The notes beneath the pieces were generated by a model, which was given only the letters and a program-made list of their open reading frames with translations, was not told the origin of the DNA and did not search any database. Source: an uncultured bacterium (lineage in GTDB: Bacteria > Krumholzibacteriota > Krumholzibacteriia > JACNKJ01). Taken from it: a stretch of 64,000 bases of DNA. The stretch is from positions 2,048,001 through 2,112,000 of the forward strand of contig CAVOFT010000001.1 in assembly GCA_963695095.1 (NCBI GenBank), read 5' to 3'. This document shows positions 39,635-49,553 of the stretch, one piece after another; the stretch's first letter is position 1; each line of letters starts with the position of its first letter. The position numbers and the translations under genes are program-made.

Positions 39635-40390
39635 TCAGGGCGCGAGCCAGCGCAGGAAGCGGGCCGGCAGCCCCGTAGTCGCGGCCAGCAGCCGGGCGCC
39701 GCGGCTGCGGCAAGGCGCGAGTTCCATCCGCCGCGTCGCTCCCGCCGGAGTGGCCCCTGTCGCCTCGCGCGCGTAGAGCGCGCGCAGGGCGGCCAGGGAT
39801 TCCTCATCCTGGTCACAGGCCGCCAGCAGGAGCCGCTGGGGGACGGCCGCGGCGGCCGGCGCCAGATCCGGGGTGGGCAGCGGGGACAGCAGCAGCGCGG
39901 CTTCGTAGCGCGCGGCGTCCGGGCCGGCCAGCAACTCCAGCGCCAGCGCGCAGGCCTCCCCTTCGGCGCCGATCACCCAGGGCCGGCCGGCCAGGCCCGG
40001 CTGCCGGTCGGCGAAGGCGAGCAGGGCCTCGAGATCGCGGGCGAGCAGGGCGCGGGCCGCGGCGTCCCAGGCGGCGGCCGCCGGCACCGGACCGGCCGTG
40101 CTCAGACGGCTCCCCCCCTCGCCACGCAGGTCGGGCAGGAAGACGGCGAGGCCCAGGGCCTGCCAGCTCTCGGCCAGGCCGGCCAGGCCGCCTCCGTTCT
40201 GGCCGCGATCGTGCAGGAGCAGTGCGATCGGACGCGGCCCCGCCGGCGCGCGGAAGTAGCCGCCCACGAGGGCGAGGGAGTCCGCCGTCCAGAGCTGGAA
40301 GCGGACGACATCGGCGGCGGCGCCGGACGGTCCCAGCGCGAGCGCGAGCGCGGTGAGCGCGGCGGCAATGCTGCGACGGCTTCTCATCAT
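39635..40390 (-). CDS. secreted alpha/beta-hydrolase-fold protein with degenerate catalytic motifs
   Basis: Signal peptide, TADSLALVG, LLLHDRG, PDLRGEGGS, LLLSP; elbow reads GAEGE. Confidence 0.7.
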   Translation of the reverse strand: MMRSRRSIAAALTALALALGPSGAAADVVRFQLWTADSLALVGGYFRAPAGPRPIALLLHDRGQNGGGLAGLAESWQALGLAVFLPDLRGEGGSRLSTAGPVPAAAAWDAAARALLARDLEALLAFADRQPGLAGRPWVIGAEGEACALALELLAGPDAARYEAALLLSPLPTPDLAPAAAAVPQRLLLAACDQDEESLAALRALYAREATGATPAGATRRMELAPCRSRGARLLAATTGLPARFLRWLAP

Positions 40391-40395
40391 CCCCT

Positions 40396-40950
40396 TCACC
40401 GCTGGTAGAGGTAGGCTTCCCAGCTCTGGTGCATGGCGTCGCCCAGGAAGCGACGGAACAGGAGCGGCGGCAGCCAGCGCGGCTCGCGCGGCTGGGCGAG
40501 CAGGCGCATTCCCGCCTCGCTGGGCAGGCGATTGCCCTTGTGGTGATTGCAGGCCACGCAACAGGTGACGCAGTTGTCCCAGCTCGTCGTGCCGCCGCGG
40601 GGAAACTCCAGCGTGCGGCGACTGCGCGGCACCACGTGGTCGATCGTGAAGGGACCGACGAGACTGCCGCAGTACTGGCAGGCGAAGCGGTCGCGGGCGT
40701 AGAGATTGCGACGGTTGAGCTGGACGCGCACCACGCGGTAGACCCGGTGCGCGATCGCGATGAACAGGCGGATGATCCGCGGCAGCCGCCATTCGGCCGC
40801 GGCCGAGCGCACGACGAGGCCGGAATCCTCCACGGCCACGGCGCGGCCGCTGACGAGGAGCACCAGGGCCCGGCGCGCGCTGACGATGTTGACGGGCTGG
40901 TAGCCGGCGTCCAGAACCAGGACGTGCTGCCCGAGGACGGCTCGATTCAC
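40396..40950 (-). CDS. HNH endonuclease (McrA-like)
   Basis: VLVLDAGYQP, RDRFACQYCG, TIDHVVPRS, WDNCVTCCVACNHHKG. Confidence 0.92.
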   Translation of the reverse strand: MNRAVLGQHVLVLDAGYQPVNIVSARRALVLLVSGRAVAVEDSGLVVRSAAAEWRLPRIIRLFIAIAHRVYRVVRVQLNRRNLYARDRFACQYCGSLVGPFTIDHVVPRSRRTLEFPRGGTTSWDNCVTCCVACNHHKGNRLPSEAGMRLLAQPREPRWLPPLLFRRFLGDAMHQSWEAYLYQR

Positions 40951-41053
40951 GCTGCTTCCACTCCAGGCGCGGCCCTGCCGGCAGCGCCGCCCGGACCGCC
41001 CCAAAAGTCTGTCGAGGCAGCAGTGGCCGCGTCAAGGGAATTCCCCGGCGTGC

Positions 41054-41860
41054 TCAGGCGGACGGCTCGTCCTCGCTCTCGGGCGGCAAGTCCGGAAAGC
41101 CCGCGGTCTCGCTGTCGAGCCGCGCCAGGGCGGCCCGGGCCGCGCCTTGCTCCGCATCCTTCTTGCTGCGGCCGCGGCCCCTGCCCACCACCTGGCCGCG
41201 GACCAGCACCTCCACCTCGAAGTCCTTGGAGTGGTCGGGCCCCTGGGTGCCCTCGACGCGGTAGCGAGGCGGCAGCTTGTAGACGGACTGCACGCGCTCC
41301 TGGAGCAGCGACTTGAAGTTGCGGTGGCTGTCGTCGGCGAGGAAGGCTTCCTTGCGCGCCAGGATGCGCGCCGCCACCAGCTTGCGCGCCGGCACGAAGC
41401 CGCCATCGAGGTAGATCGCGCCGAGCACCGCCTCGAAGGCGTCGGCCAGGATCGAGTCGCGCGTGCGGCCGCCGGTCTCCTCTTCGTTGGCGCTGAGCCG
41501 CATCACCGCCCCGAAGCCGAGGGCGCTCGCGACGTCGGCCAGGACGACACGGCTGGCGAGCAGGCTCTTGAGCTTGGTCAGGGTGCCTTCGTTTTCGTCC
41601 GGGAATTCGTGGACGAGGGCCACATTCAGCGCCAGGCCGAGCACGGCATCGCCGAGGAACTCCAGGCGCTCGTTGCTCGCTTCGCGCTCCATGCCCTCCT
41701 GAAAGGCCCAGGAGCGATGCGTGAGCGCGAGGAGAAGGAGAGCCATGTCCTTGAAGCGATAGCCAAGCTGCTCCTGGAAGGCGCCGAGGGCGACGCGATC
41801 GGCCTCCAGGAGCGTGGGCGGGCTCTTGCCGGGAAAGAGCTTGCGAAACCAGGCGCGGAT
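41054..41860 (-). CDS. rnc: ribonuclease III, probable ATC start
   Basis: ALTHRS, NERLEFLGDAVL, ADAFEA, dsRBD. The conserved QEQLGYRFKD lies upstream of the track's ATG 41746. Confidence 0.95.
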   Translation of the reverse strand: MRAWFRKLFPGKSPPTLLEADRVALGAFQEQLGYRFKDMALLLLALTHRSWAFQEGMEREASNERLEFLGDAVLGLALNVALVHEFPDENEGTLTKLKSLLASRVVLADVASALGFGAVMRLSANEEETGGRTRDSILADAFEAVLGAIYLDGGFVPARKLVAARILARKEAFLADDSHRNFKSLLQERVQSVYKLPPRYRVEGTQGPDHSKDFEVEVLVRGQVVGRGRGRSKKDAEQGAARAALARLDSETAGFPDLPPESEDEPSA

Positions 41861-41914
41861 GGCGGGCCTTCCTTCTGCGGCGCCCGCGATCCCCTCGGCG
41901 AGCGCCGGCGCAGT

Positions 41915-43162
41915 CTAGCGGGCGGCGGGCGCCCTGCCCAGGAGCAAGACGATGTTGTGGCCGCCGAAGCCGAGCGAGGTGCTGATGGCCAGCTCCACCG
42001 CTTGCTCGACGGCGCGATTGGGCGTGTAGTCGAGATCGCAGTCGGGATCCGGGTGCGCGTAGTTCACCGTGGGCGGGATGGCGCCGCGCTCCAGCACCAG
42101 CGCGGTGATCCCCGCCTCGAGTCCGCCGGCCGCGCCGAGCAGGTGGCCCGTCATGGACTTCGTGCTGCTGATCTTGAGGCGCGCCGCGTGAGCGCCGAAG
42201 GCCGCCTTGAGCGCTGCCGTCTCGATCTTGTCGTTGTAGGGCGTGCTCGTGCCGTGGGCGTTGACGTAGCCGATGGCTTCAGGCGCCACGCGGCCCTCCG
42301 CGAAGGCCCGGCGCATGGCGCCGATGGCGCCGCGGCCCTCGGGGTCCGGCGCGGTGATGTGGTGCGCGTCCGCCGTCAGGCCGGCGCCCAGCAGCTCGGC
42401 GATCACCGTCGCGCCGCGAGCTTGCGCATGCTCGTAGTCCTCGAGCACGAGAATGCCGGCGCCCTCGCCCATGATGAAACCGTCGCGCTCGGCATCGAAG
42501 GGCCGGCAGGCCTGCTCGGGCTCGTCGTTGCGTGTCGACAGGGCCTTCATGTTGCCGAATCCGGCCAGCGCCATCGGCGAGATCGTCGCCTCGGCGCCGC
42601 CGGCCAGCATGAGATCCGCGCGCCCGGCGCGGATCTGCAGGGCGGCATCCGCCAGGGCATGGGCCCCGGTGGCGCAGGCGCTGACGACGCCGTAGTTCGG
42701 CCCGCGCAGGCCGTGCCGAATCGAGACCAGACCGCTGGCGATGTCGCCGATCATCATCGGGATGAAGAAGGGGCTCACCCGCCGCGGCCCGCGCTCGACG
42801 AGCGCGCGATGGTTCTCCTCGAAGGTGAGCATGCCGCCGATGCCCGAGCCGATGATGACGCCCATCCGCTCGCCGTCCGGCGGCGCGGCGAGCAGGCCGG
42901 CCTGCGCCATGGCCTCTTCGGCGGCGACCAGGGCGAATTGCGCATAGCGATCGAACTTCTTGCGGTCCTTCGCGTCCACCAGCTCGCCGGGATCGAAATC
43001 CTTGACCTCGGCCCCCAGGCGCGACGCGTAGCCTTCGGTGTCGAAGGCCGTGATGCGGCCGATCCCCGAGCGACCGGCCAGCAGCGACTGCCAGGTCGCT
43101 TCGCGGCCGACGCCTACCGGACTGACCAGGCCGATGCCCGTGATCACGACACGGCGATCCAT
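41915..43162 (-). CDS. fabF: 3-oxoacyl-ACP synthase II
   Basis: RRVVITGIG, SACATG, NAHGTST, KSMTGHLLGAAG, GFGGHN. Confidence 0.97.
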   Translation of the reverse strand: MDRRVVITGIGLVSPVGVGREATWQSLLAGRSGIGRITAFDTEGYASRLGAEVKDFDPGELVDAKDRKKFDRYAQFALVAAEEAMAQAGLLAAPPDGERMGVIIGSGIGGMLTFEENHRALVERGPRRVSPFFIPMMIGDIASGLVSIRHGLRGPNYGVVSACATGAHALADAALQIRAGRADLMLAGGAEATISPMALAGFGNMKALSTRNDEPEQACRPFDAERDGFIMGEGAGILVLEDYEHAQARGATVIAELLGAGLTADAHHITAPDPEGRGAIGAMRRAFAEGRVAPEAIGYVNAHGTSTPYNDKIETAALKAAFGAHAARLKISSTKSMTGHLLGAAGGLEAGITALVLERGAIPPTVNYAHPDPDCDLDYTPNRAVEQAVELAISTSLGFGGHNIVLLLGRAPAAR

Positions 43163-43219
43163 GCGCCTCTCCCTCGGGGCTGGGGCGTCCCGCGGCGCAG
43201 GCGGCGGGACCCGGGGTTG

Positions 43220-43462
43220 CTAGGACTCGGTGGTGGCGGCCTTGAGGTACTCCACCACCGCCTGCACGTTCGTCAGCTTTTCGGCGTCCTCGTCGGAGAT
43301 CTCCATGCCGAACTCCTCCTCGAAGGCCATCACCAGCTCGACGGTGTCGAGGGAGTCGGCGCCGAGGTCCTCGATGAAGGAGGCGGTGGGAGTGATCTGC
43401 TCCGGATTGACGCCCAGTTCCTTCTCGATGATCTGGTGGACGCGTTCAGCGATCGATGCCAT
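43220..43462 (-). CDS. acpP: acyl carrier protein
   Basis: [28 protein letters not shown]. Confidence 0.97.
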   Translation of the reverse strand: MASIAERVHQIIEKELGVNPEQITPTASFIEDLGADSLDTVELVMAFEEEFGMEISDEDAEKLTNVQAVVEYLKAATTES

Positions 43463-43521
43463 GGAAGCAACCTCCTGGGTCTGCCTGGGGAAGCTCCCGC
43501 CTCCCGTCTGGAATTGCACAC

Positions 43522-43550
43522 TGCTTAGGGGATCGCCGTCCCCCTGTCAA
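43522..43550 (-). promoter_or_regulatory. putative acpP promoter
   Basis: TTGACA-N17-TAAGCA. Confidence 0.5.
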
Positions 43551-43564
43551 ATGCAAAAGGCCTT

Positions 43565-44308
43565 TCACATCGCCATGCCGCCGTTGACGGCGATCACCTG
43601 GCCCGTGATGTAGCGCCCGCCCGGGCCGAGCAGGAAGAGCACCGCTGCGGCCACGTCCTCCGGTTCGCCGAGCACGCCGAGGGGAATGCCGGCGAGCAGG
43701 CTCTGCTGAACGTCCTCCGCCAGCCCGGCCGTCATGTCGGTGCGAATGAAGCCGGGCGCCACGGCGTTCACGGTGACGCCGCGGCCGGCCAGCTCCTTGG
43801 CCAGGCTCTTGGTGAGGCCGATCAGGCCGGCCTTGCTGGCCGCGTAGTTGGCCTGGCCGGCGTTGCCGATCTGCCCCACCACGCTGGTGATGTTGACGAT
43901 GCGCCCGCCCCGCTTCATGAAGGGCCGCGCCAGCGCGCGCGCGAAGTGGAAGGCCCCGCCGAGGTTGACGGCGAGCACGCGCTCCCATTCCTCGCTCTTC
44001 ATGCGGGCGAGCAGGTTGTCCTGGGTGAGTCCCGCATTGTTCACCAGGAAATCCACCTCGCCCATCTCGGCGCGAACGCGGGCGACGAGGGCCGCCACGG
44101 CCTCGCCATCGCCGATGTCGCAGCCGTAGCCGCCCAGGTCCGCGCCGCCGCCGAGGGCCGCCGCCGCGGCCTCGCCCCGCGCGGGGCTGCTCGCCACGAG
44201 GGCCACGCGGCAATCCTCCCTGCGCAGGGCCTCGACGATCGCCAGCCCGATCCCGCGCGAACCGCCGGTGACCAGGGCGAGCCCTCCCGCCAACTCCGCT
44301 GAGGCCAT
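43565..44308 (-). CDS. fabG: 3-oxoacyl-ACP reductase
   Basis: TGGSRGIG, NNAG, YAASK, GQVIAVNGGM; lies in the fab operon. Confidence 0.96.
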   Translation of the reverse strand: MASAELAGGLALVTGGSRGIGLAIVEALRREDCRVALVASSPARGEAAAAALGGGADLGGYGCDIGDGEAVAALVARVRAEMGEVDFLVNNAGLTQDNLLARMKSEEWERVLAVNLGGAFHFARALARPFMKRGGRIVNITSVVGQIGNAGQANYAASKAGLIGLTKSLAKELAGRGVTVNAVAPGFIRTDMTAGLAEDVQQSLLAGIPLGVLGEPEDVAAAVLFLLGPGGRYITGQVIAVNGGMAM

Positions 44309-44374
44309 CTCTCTCCTCCTGCCTCGGGGGCGCTCCCTGCGGCCACGCGCACCGCAGCGCCACTCCCTGGCGGT

Positions 44375-45319
44375 CTAGGCCCGGCTGCCTGCAAGCTCGG
44401 CCAGCCAGGCATCCAGCGCGCTCTTGTCGCCAAGGGGCGTCACGCGCGCCTCGCGATCGATCTTGCGCATGAGTCCCATCAGCACCTTGCCGGGGCCGAT
44501 CTCGAGCGCGTCGGCGGCATCCAGGCGCCGCAAGGCCTGCATCGACTGCAGCCAGAGCACGGGCCGCGTGAGCTGGGCGATGAGCAGCTCGCGCAGGCGC
44601 GTCCCGCTCGTCTCGGGCTCGGCGGTGACATTGGCGATCACGGGCGCCTTGGCATCGGCGAAGGGCACCTCGCGCAGGGCCGCCGCCAGCTCGGCGGCGG
44701 CCGGCGCCATCAGCGCCGAATGGAAGGCGCCGCTCACGGTGAGGGCGACGACCTTGGCCGCGCCGGCGCCGCTGCAGGCAGCCATGCCGCGGGCCACCGC
44801 CTCCGTCGCGCCGCTGATCACCAGCTGATCCTGGCTGTTGACGTTGGCCAGTTCGAGCACCTCGCCCTGCGCCGCTTCCGCGCAGCAGCCTTCGACGGCC
44901 TCGCGCGTGAGGCCGAGCACGGCCGCCATCGTCCCCGGCACCGCCTCGCCGCTGGCGAACATCAGCCGGCCGCGCAGGGTGACCAGGCGCAGGGCATCCA
45001 GCGGCGCGAGAACGCCGGCGGCCACCAGCGCGCTGTACTCACCCAGACTGTGGCCGGCCACCACCGAGGGCGCGAGGCCACGCCGCGCAAGGTAGGCATG
45101 GCAGGCCACGCTGACCGCGAGGATGGCCGGCTGCGCGTGGCGCGTTTCGGTGAGCCGCTCCAGCGGGCCCTCGCTGCAGAGGGCGCTCAGCGGCAGGCCG
45201 CTGGCGCCCTCGGCCTCGGCGAAGAAGCGTCGGCTCTCCGGATCCTGATCCATCAACTCCCGCCCCATGCCCACGAACTGGGAGGCCTGGCCGGGAAAGA
45301 GCAACGGTCGCCGCAGCAC
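44375..45319 (-). CDS. fabD: malonyl-CoA:ACP transacylase
   Basis: FPGQASQ, GHSLGEY, VSGAFHS. Confidence 0.96.
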   Translation of the reverse strand: MLRRPLLFPGQASQFVGMGRELMDQDPESRRFFAEAEGASGLPLSALCSEGPLERLTETRHAQPAILAVSVACHAYLARRGLAPSVVAGHSLGEYSALVAAGVLAPLDALRLVTLRGRLMFASGEAVPGTMAAVLGLTREAVEGCCAEAAQGEVLELANVNSQDQLVISGATEAVARGMAACSGAGAAKVVALTVSGAFHSALMAPAAAELAAALREVPFADAKAPVIANVTAEPETSGTRLRELLIAQLTRPVLWLQSMQALRRLDAADALEIGPGKVLMGLMRKIDREARVTPLGDKSALDAWLAELAGSRA

Positions 45320-45332
45320 GATCCTCCTTACC

Positions 45333-46322
45333 CTACAGACGCAGGAGCACGGCGCCCCAGGTCAGACCGCCGCCGAAGGTGACCATCAGGACGTGATCGC
45401 CGGGCCCGATGCGGCCCGCGCGGCGCGCCAGGTCCAGGGCAATCGGAATCGAGGCCGAGCTGGTGTTGCCGTACTCCTGGATGTTGACGAAGACCCGCTC
45501 GGCCGGAATCGCGAGGCGGCTCGCGATGGCATCGATGATGCGCAGGTTAGCCTGGTGGGGAATGAAGAGCTTGACCTGGTCGGCACCGAGGCCGGCCTCG
45601 TCCAGCACGGCCTGGGCAGCGGCCCCCATGTTGCGCACGGCGTGCTTGAAGACCTCGTTGCCCTTCATGTGGATCTTGTTGGTGTTGGCGGCGATGATCT
45701 CGGGCGTCGTCGGCTCCGCGCTGCCGCCCTGGGGCGCGTTGAGCAGCCCGGAGAGGCGGCCGTCGGTGCGCGTGCAGCTGGTGAGGATGCCGCCGTCGCC
45801 GGGGGGCCGCGCCTCGAGCAATACCGCGCCGGCGCCGTCGCCGAAGAGAACGCAGGTGCTGCGATCGGTCCAGTTCGTGATGCGGCTGAGCAACTCCGAG
45901 CCGACGACGAGGGCGCGCTTGCCTCCGCCCGATCGCAGCAGGGCCGTGGCCTGCGCGAGTCCGAACAGGAAGCCGCTGCAGGCGGCCGACAGGTCCCAGG
46001 CGGCCGCGTTGTGGGCGCCGATCCTCGCCTGCACGAGGCAGGCCGTGCTCGGGAAGATCAGGTCGCCCGTCACCGTGCCGATGATGATGTAGTCGACGGT
46101 GTCGGCCGGGCAGCCGGCGTCCGCGAGCGCCCGCTCACAGGCCAAGGTGGCGAAGTCGCTGTTGCGCTCGTGCGCGGCCGCGATGTAGCGCGTCTTGATC
46201 CCGGTGCGCGTGGTGATCCACTCGTCGCTGGTGTCGACCAGGCGGCTGAGATCGGCGTTGGTCAGCACGCGCGCGGGCACCGCATGGCCGGTGCCGGCGA
46301 CCTCGACGCTGAGCTTAGGCAC
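45333..46322 (-). CDS. fabH: 3-oxoacyl-ACP synthase III
   Basis: DTSDEWI, AACSGF, PHQAN, GNTS, FGGGLTWG. GTG start overlaps the plsX end. Confidence 0.96.
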   Translation of the reverse strand: MPKLSVEVAGTGHAVPARVLTNADLSRLVDTSDEWITTRTGIKTRYIAAAHERNSDFATLACERALADAGCPADTVDYIIIGTVTGDLIFPSTACLVQARIGAHNAAAWDLSAACSGFLFGLAQATALLRSGGGKRALVVGSELLSRITNWTDRSTCVLFGDGAGAVLLEARPPGDGGILTSCTRTDGRLSGLLNAPQGGSAEPTTPEIIAANTNKIHMKGNEVFKHAVRNMGAAAQAVLDEAGLGADQVKLFIPHQANLRIIDAIASRLAIPAERVFVNIQEYGNTSSASIPIALDLARRAGRIGPGDHVLMVTFGGGLTWGAVLLRL

Positions 46323-47355
46323 CGAGACCTTCTCCCTGGTGGCGGGCCAGCAGCCCTTGCGTGCGCTCGGCCGTGCGCAGCTCATGGAAGCGCTGCGCCG
46401 TGCGAACGGCATTCATGATCGCCAGCTCGTTGCTCTTGCCGTGGCTGATGATGACCGTGCCGGCCACGCCCATCAGCGGTGCGCCGCCATGCTCGGCGTA
46501 GTCGAGGTCCTTGCGGATGCGCCGCTCGCCTTCGCGCAGGCTGCCGCGCATGAGCAGGACGCCGAGCTTGCCGGCGAGGCTCGCGAGCACGCTCTCCTTC
46601 ATGCGCCCCATCAGGAGGCGCGTCGTGTAGCCCACCATGCTCTCGGTCAGCTTGAGCACGACGTTGCCCGTGAAGCCGTCGCAGACGACCACATCCGCCT
46701 CGCCGGCCAGGATGCCCGCGCCTTCGACGTTGCCGATGAAATTGACCGGCGCCTGCGCGAGCAGCTCGTGGGCGCGCACGTAGAGCTCGCTGCCCTTGCT
46801 GCTCTCCTCGCCGATGTTGAGCAGGCCCACGCGCGGGTTCTCGCGCCGCAGCACGGCCTCGGCGAACAGGCGGCCCATGACGCCGAACTGGGCGAGGTGC
46901 TCGGGCCGGCAGTCGGCATTGGCGCCCACGTCGAGCAGGACGCAGCCGCCGTCCTTGCTCGGAAACCAGGTGGCGATGGCCGGGCGCAGCACGCCGGGCA
47001 GGCCGCCCACGTGGAGCATCGCCCCGGCCACCATCGCGCCCGTCGAGCCGGCGCTGATGACGCCGTCGACGGCGCCGGCCTTCAGGTCGAGCATGCCCCT
47101 GACGATCGGCGAGTCCTTCTTGCGCCGCACGGCCGTGGTCGGGGACTCGCCCATCGCGATCGACTCGCTCGTGGGCACGATCGCGAAGGCATCGGGAGCC
47201 TCGCCGGCCGCGACCAGCACGGCGGCGATGGCGGCCGGATCCCCGTAGAGGGCGATCTCCGGCGCCGGCTTCAGTTCGCGCCGCGCCAGCAGCGCGCCGC
47301 GCACGATGACCGCCGGTCCGTGATCGCCGCCCATCACGTCCAGGGCGAGCTTCAC
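46315..47355 (-). CDS. plsX: phosphate acyltransferase
   Basis: LALDVMGGDHGP, SAGSTGA, LLNIGEE, CDGFTGN, SHGKS. Confidence 0.96.
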   Translation of the reverse strand: MKLALDVMGGDHGPAVIVRGALLARRELKPAPEIALYGDPAAIAAVLVAAGEAPDAFAIVPTSESIAMGESPTTAVRRKKDSPIVRGMLDLKAGAVDGVISAGSTGAMVAGAMLHVGGLPGVLRPAIATWFPSKDGGCVLLDVGANADCRPEHLAQFGVMGRLFAEAVLRRENPRVGLLNIGEESSKGSELYVRAHELLAQAPVNFIGNVEGAGILAGEADVVVCDGFTGNVVLKLTESMVGYTTRLLMGRMKESVLASLAGKLGVLLMRGSLREGERRIRKDLDYAEHGGAPLMGVAGTVIISHGKSNELAIMNAVRTAQRFHELRTAERTQGLLARHQGEGLGA

Positions 47356-47360
47356 GCCCC

Positions 47361-47549
47361 CTAGTCCGCCTTGCCGGTCTGCACCTGGCGACCCGCGTAC
47401 CAGCCGCAGTCCGGGCACACCCGGTGGCTCCGCTTCATCTGCCCGCAGTGCTTGCAGCGCACGAGACTGGGGACGCGCGCCGAGGCCAGCCAGACCGCCC
47501 GCGTCATCCGCGAGCGCGAGCGGCTCTTGCGCTTCTTGGGGAGAGCCAT
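47361..47549 (-). CDS. rpmF: 50S ribosomal protein L32 (Zn-ribbon type)
   Basis: MALPKKRKS...CKHCG...HRVCPDCGWY. Confidence 0.95.
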   Translation of the reverse strand: MALPKKRKSRSRSRMTRAVWLASARVPSLVRCKHCGQMKRSHRVCPDCGWYAGRQVQTGKAD

Positions 47550-47552
47550 GAC

Positions 47553-48104
47553 TTAGTCCTTTCCGGTGTCGCCGCCCTCGCCGGCCGGGCCCTTGCCCTC
47601 CCGCTCCAGGCGCCGCTTGAGTTCCGCCAGCGGACCCCAGCGGGGGTCCGGCTCGTCCTGCTCGATCGCCAGGGCCCCGGGCGGTCCTGGACAGGCCCCC
47701 ATCCCCGCCGCCTCGCAGCTCAACTGGATCGGCAGATCCAGCCATAGCGCCTCGAGCACGGGCGCCGTCAGATCCAGTTCCTGGCTGCCCGCCGGCAGCA
47801 GCAGCAGGTCATCCGCCGATTCGGTCGCCTCCGCGTCGAGCCCGCCCGCGGCGGCGGCGAGGGCCACCAGGCGGAATTCTCCCGCCAGCCTTCCCGAGAA
47901 GGGCCGATTGCAGCGGTCGCAGCGGAAGGGGAACTGGGCCTCCACCCGACCGCTGACAGTCCAGCGCTGCCCGGCCGGGTCCACCGTGACCCAGAGCTCG
48001 GCCTCGCCCTCGCCGATTCGGTCGCCCATGCCCTCGAGCCGCACGGCGCTGCGTAAGTGGAAGTCCTCGCGCTGCTCCCTGACGCTGTTGAGCAGGATCT
48101 TCAT
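47553..48104 (-). CDS. DUF177/YceD family protein
   Basis: CDRC, DPRWGPLAELK; sits upstream of rpmF. Confidence 0.88.
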   Translation of the reverse strand: MKILLNSVREQREDFHLRSAVRLEGMGDRIGEGEAELWVTVDPAGQRWTVSGRVEAQFPFRCDRCNRPFSGRLAGEFRLVALAAAAGGLDAEATESADDLLLLPAGSQELDLTAPVLEALWLDLPIQLSCEAAGMGACPGPPGALAIEQDEPDPRWGPLAELKRRLEREGKGPAGEGGDTGKD

Positions 48105-48134
48105 GGAGCCCCGCCGATTCGGGCAAGACGGTGC

Positions 48135-48163
48135 ATAGTAGACCGCAACTCCCCCACTGTCAA
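48135..48163 (-). promoter_or_regulatory. putative sigma70 promoter of DUF177-rpmF-plsX-fab operon
   Basis: TTGACA-N17-TACTAT. Confidence 0.75.
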
Positions 48164-48232
48164 GGTCTTGGCCCCTGAGCCATCCCGCCGGTAAGGATTG
48201 GCGGGGCCGAGTCCGGCGGCCTGTCCCCGGAC

Positions 48233-48634
48233 TCAGCCCCCAAAGATGATGCCCAGCTCGCGGGCCGCCGAGGCGTCGGAATCGCTGGCGTGCACCCCGT
48301 TGTTCTGCAGGCTGCGCCCGAAGCGGTAGCGGATCGTGCCCGGCGCCGCCTCGGCGGGGTTGGTGGCGCCGACCAGCGTGCGCAAGTCCTTGACCGCGTT
48401 GTCTTTCTCCAGGCTCACCGCCACCACGGGCCCGCTCGTGATGTAGTTCACGAGTTCGCCGTAGAAGGGCTTGCCCTCGTGCTCGGCGTAGAAGGCGCGC
48501 ACCTGGGCCTCCGTCAGGCGCTTCATCTCCAGCCCCGTGATCCGGAAGCGATTGGCCGTCAGCAGGCCGAGGATCTCGCCGATGATCTGATCGGCCACCA
48601 GCTCGGGTTTGATCATCAAATAGGTCTGGCTCAA
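48233..48634 (-). CDS. ndk: nucleoside diphosphate kinase
   Basis: TYLMIKP, GATNPAEAAPGTIR, NGVHASDS. TTG start after GGAGG. Confidence 0.95.
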   Translation of the reverse strand: MSQTYLMIKPELVADQIIGEILGLLTANRFRITGLEMKRLTEAQVRAFYAEHEGKPFYGELVNYITSGPVVAVSLEKDNAVKDLRTLVGATNPAEAAPGTIRYRFGRSLQNNGVHASDSDASAARELGIIFGG

Positions 48635-48680
48635 GAGGGTCTCCTCCGCGGGGTGTGAAACCGGCGCCGGCCGCTGGCGC

Positions 48681-49553
48681 CTAGGGGCGGTAGCGCTCCT
48701 GGAGCAGGGGCACGATGCGACTGGGAATCTCCGCCACCGGCACGCTCGCCGCGCGCAGGCTGGCGATCTTGTCGGCCGCCGTGCCCGAGCCGCCGGCGAT
48801 GATGGCGCCGGCGTGGCCCATCCGCTTGCCCGGCGGCGCCGTGCGGCCGGCGATGAAGGCCACCACCGGCATCGTCACCTTCGCCTTGATGAAGGCCGCC
48901 GCCTCTTCCTCGTCGGTGCCGCCGATCTCGCCGATCATCACGACGGCCTCCGTGGCGGGATCGGCCTCGAAGGCGGCCAGGCAGTCGATGAAGTTGGTGC
49001 CGATCACGGGATCGCCGCCGATGCCGATGCAGGTGGACTGGCCCAGCCCCGCCTGGGTGAGGTGATGGACCACCTCGTAGGTGAGCGTGCCCGAGCGGCT
49101 GACGAGGCCGACGGCGCCCGGCTTGACGATGTTGCCGGGCAGGATGCCCACCTTGCACTGGCCGGGCGAGATCAGCCCCGGGCAGTTGGGGCCGATCAGC
49201 CGCACGCCGGCCGCGCGCACGCGGGGCATGACGGCGTTCATGTCGCGCACCGGAATGCCCTCGGTGATGCAGACCACGGTGCGGATGCCGGCCGCCACCG
49301 CTTCCAGGACGGCGTCGGCCGCCACGTTGGCGGGCACGAAGATGACGGTGGCATTGGCGCCGCTCTCGGCGACCGCCTCGGCCACGGTGTCGAAGACGGG
49401 CACGCCGTAGGCCTCCTGGCCGCCCTTGCCGGGCGTGACCCCCGCCACGACCCGGGTCCCGTAGGCCTGCATCTGCTCGGTGTGGAAGCCGCCGTCGCGG
49501 CCGGTGATGCCCTGCACGACCAGGCGCGTGTCCTTGTCGACGAAGATGCTCAT
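48681..49553 (-). CDS. sucD: succinyl-CoA synthetase alpha subunit
   Basis: [29 protein letters not shown]. Confidence 0.97.
   Translation of the reverse strand: MSIFVDKDTRLVVQGITGRDGGFHTEQMQAYGTRVVAGVTPGKGGQEAYGVPVFDTVAEAVAESGANATVIFVPANVAADAVLEAVAAGIRTVVCITEGIPVRDMNAVMPRVRAAGVRLIGPNCPGLISPGQCKVGILPGNIVKPGAVGLVSRSGTLTYEVVHHLTQAGLGQSTCIGIGGDPVIGTNFIDCLAAFEADPATEAVVMIGEIGGTDEEEAAAFIKAKVTMPVVAFIAGRTAPPGKRMGHAGAIIAGGSGTAADKIASLRAASVPVAEIPSRIVPLLQERYRP

Noticed and set aside
40396..40950. HNH gene as a mobile element or defence system
   Set aside because: No flanking repeats, intron context, methylase or compositional shift; resembles common standalone HNH proteins.
41054..43162. FabF-RNase III fusion by TAG readthrough (the genes are in frame)
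   Set aside because: In-frame arrangement has a 1-in-3 chance, TAG is an ordinary stop elsewhere in the window, and SD+ATC explains rnc more simply.
45310..45332. Possible CTG start for fabD (AGGAGG-N6-CTG)
   Set aside because: An in-frame GTG lies 3 nt after the SD and short spacings occur elsewhere (rsmD, coaD), so it cannot be decided.
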